The notes under the pieces were generated by a model, which had not been told where the DNA came from, ran no database searches, and was given only the letters and a program-made list of their open reading frames with translations. A stretch of DNA of 63,810 nucleotides, counting the filler, from Squatina squatina (lineage: Eukaryota), in NCBI GenBank assembly GCA_031763465.1. It is 13 parts of one record of this genome, joined end to end, with 100 filler letters (N's around TTAATTAATTAA, not from the genome) between each part and the next. Parts side by side here need not be neighbours in the genome. Positions count along the whole stretch, not along the records: positions 62,042 to 63,810 come from JARFOE010000051.1; 12 more parts are not named here. One strand, given 5' to 3'. Shown one piece after another: positions 62,042-63,810 of this stretch (its first letter is position 1; each line of letters begins with the position of its first letter). A program made the translations under genes and the position numbers.

Positions 62042-63810
62042 TTCTTTGTACCAGTCCAACTCGGGTCCCCTCCCTCACCATTTTTTCCCTGGCACACTAA
62101 TGACTGTATCAGTGCCATTTCCTGCTCTCACCCTGAACTAGAAAATTTCATCAACTTTGCTTCCAATTTCCACTCTTCTCTCACCTTAACATGGTCCATC
62201 TCTGACCCTTCCATTCCTCAACTTCTCGGTCTCCATTGCTGGGGATAGGCTATTGACCATCAATTATAATTCCACTGCCCCCCATAACTACCTTCACTGC
62301 ACTTCCTCTGACCCCGTTTCCTGTAAGGGCTCTCTTTAATTTGCCCAGTTTCTCCGTCGCATCTGTCCTGATGATGCCACCTTCATACTGTTGCTTCCAA
62401 TATGTCCTTATTTATCCTCAACCAAGGATTCCCCTCCACCGTGGTTGACATGGGCCTCGAATGCACCCGTTCCATTTCCCACACTTCTGCTCTCACCCCT
62501 TCCACTCCCTATCAATCCTTGCCTCACTTTTCACCACACCAACGGATCATGCTCTGCCATTTCCGCCACCGCGATCCTTCCTCTTTCAGCATTCCAAAGG
62601 GACCTGGTCCACTCCTCAAATCACCCCCAACAACCCCTCCCTTTCCTATGGCATGTTCCNNNNNNNNNNNNNNNNNNNNNNNNNNNNNNNNNNNNNNNNN
62701 NNNNNNNNNNNNNNNNNNNNNNNNNNNNNNNNNNNNNNNNNNNNNNNNNNNNNNNNNNNCCCGTTTCACACTGGCGCTAACAGGACCCGAACTTTGCACC
62801 CGCATTTGGACACCCAAAGTGCTTGTACGCCCATTTTGCACTGATTTTGCGCCAAAAGTTTACCCGCGAACTGGGCGTCAGAGTATCCAAAGCTAATGTG
62901 CCTTGGATGACAAAGGAAATAAAAGTTAAAATAAAAGTGAAAAAGGAGGCTTATGACAAATGTCATGATTCAGAAGCATGATTCAGTTAATAGTCACGAA
63001 GATAATAACAACGGATCTCATCTGCCATTTCCACCACATCCAGCTTGATCCCACCACCAAGTACATCTTCCCCTCCCCTCCCCTTTCAGCATTCTGAAAG
63101 GACCGTTCCCTCTGTGACACCTTGGTGCGCTCCTCAATCACCCCCAACACCTACTAACCTTCCCATGGCACCTTCCCGTGCAAGCGCAGGAGATCCAATA
63201 CATACCCTTTTACCTCCTCCCTTCACACCGTCCAGGGCCCTAAGCACTTCTTTCAGGTGAAACAGAAATTTACTTGTACTTCTTGTAATTTACTATACTG
63301 TATTCGCTGCTCACGATGCGGTCTCCTCTCTTGGGGAGACCAAACGCAGATTGGGTGACCACTTTGTGGAACACTTCCACTCAGTCTGCAAGCAGACCCC
63401 CGTTAGCTTTGCGTCACCTGTCACTTTAATTCTCTGCTCCATTCCCACACTGACCTCTTAGTCCTTGGCCTCATACACTGTTCCAATGAAGCTCAACGTA
63501 AACTCGAGGAACAGCACCTCATATTTTGATTAAGCACTTTACAGCGTTCTGGACTCAACATTGAGTTCAACAATTTCAGATTATATCACCAGATTATTTA
63601 CCAGATGGCAGCTGTTGATGATTCTGCCATTCCCATTTACACCTTTTCCAGACACATCCTTTGTTTCTTTACTTGTCCCATTACCATCTCTTTTTGCATT
63701 GTACAATGATGCCTTTTGTCATTTAACCTCTCCTCCCTGCCACCAAATAACAGACCCTCCATTTTGTTCGTTCCTCCCCTCCCCTCTTTCCCTGACTCTG
63801 CACTTGCTTA
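62042..63810 (+). mobile_element. Penelope-like elements (RT remnant 62042-62659; GIY-YIG region and UTR 63010-63810)
   Basis: ELENFINFASNFH..LTLTWSIS; FPCKRRR..FTCTSCNLLYCIRCSRCG..GETKRRLGDHF. Confidence 0.85.

Overview
Eukaryotic, repeat-rich vertebrate DNA, very probably a shark or other elasmobranch (inferred from the CR1/HER1-type LINE tails, DeuSINE/SacSINE1-type SINEs, L2, RTE and Penelope content). The window is not contiguous. It is 13 short scaffolds joined by artificial 100-nt linkers (N44-TTAATTAATTAA-N44), and it has many internal N gaps. Recognisable exons: a CDC42EP2/3-type effector (C-terminal part), HIPK4 exon 1, periaxin (start and body of the giant exon), ITPKC, an MTA1-like gene, PAF1 (3 exons) and TMEM229B-like, plus an intronless spastin C-terminal copy. 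HIPK4, PRX, ITPKC and PAF1 are human 19q13.2 genes, so the co-occurring MTA1-like, TMEM229B-like and CDC42EP-like genes may be extra whole-genome-duplication paralogues kept in cartilaginous fish (hypothesis). Other notable items are decayed minimal hammerhead ribozymes in Penelope elements, an L2-derived minisatellite, a satellite with higher-order structure, hAT and Harbinger-type MITEs, a CpG-island promoter and several orphan exons. All protein comparisons are from recalled sequences, not database searches. No prokaryotic systems, CRISPR arrays, rRNA or tRNA genes are supported.
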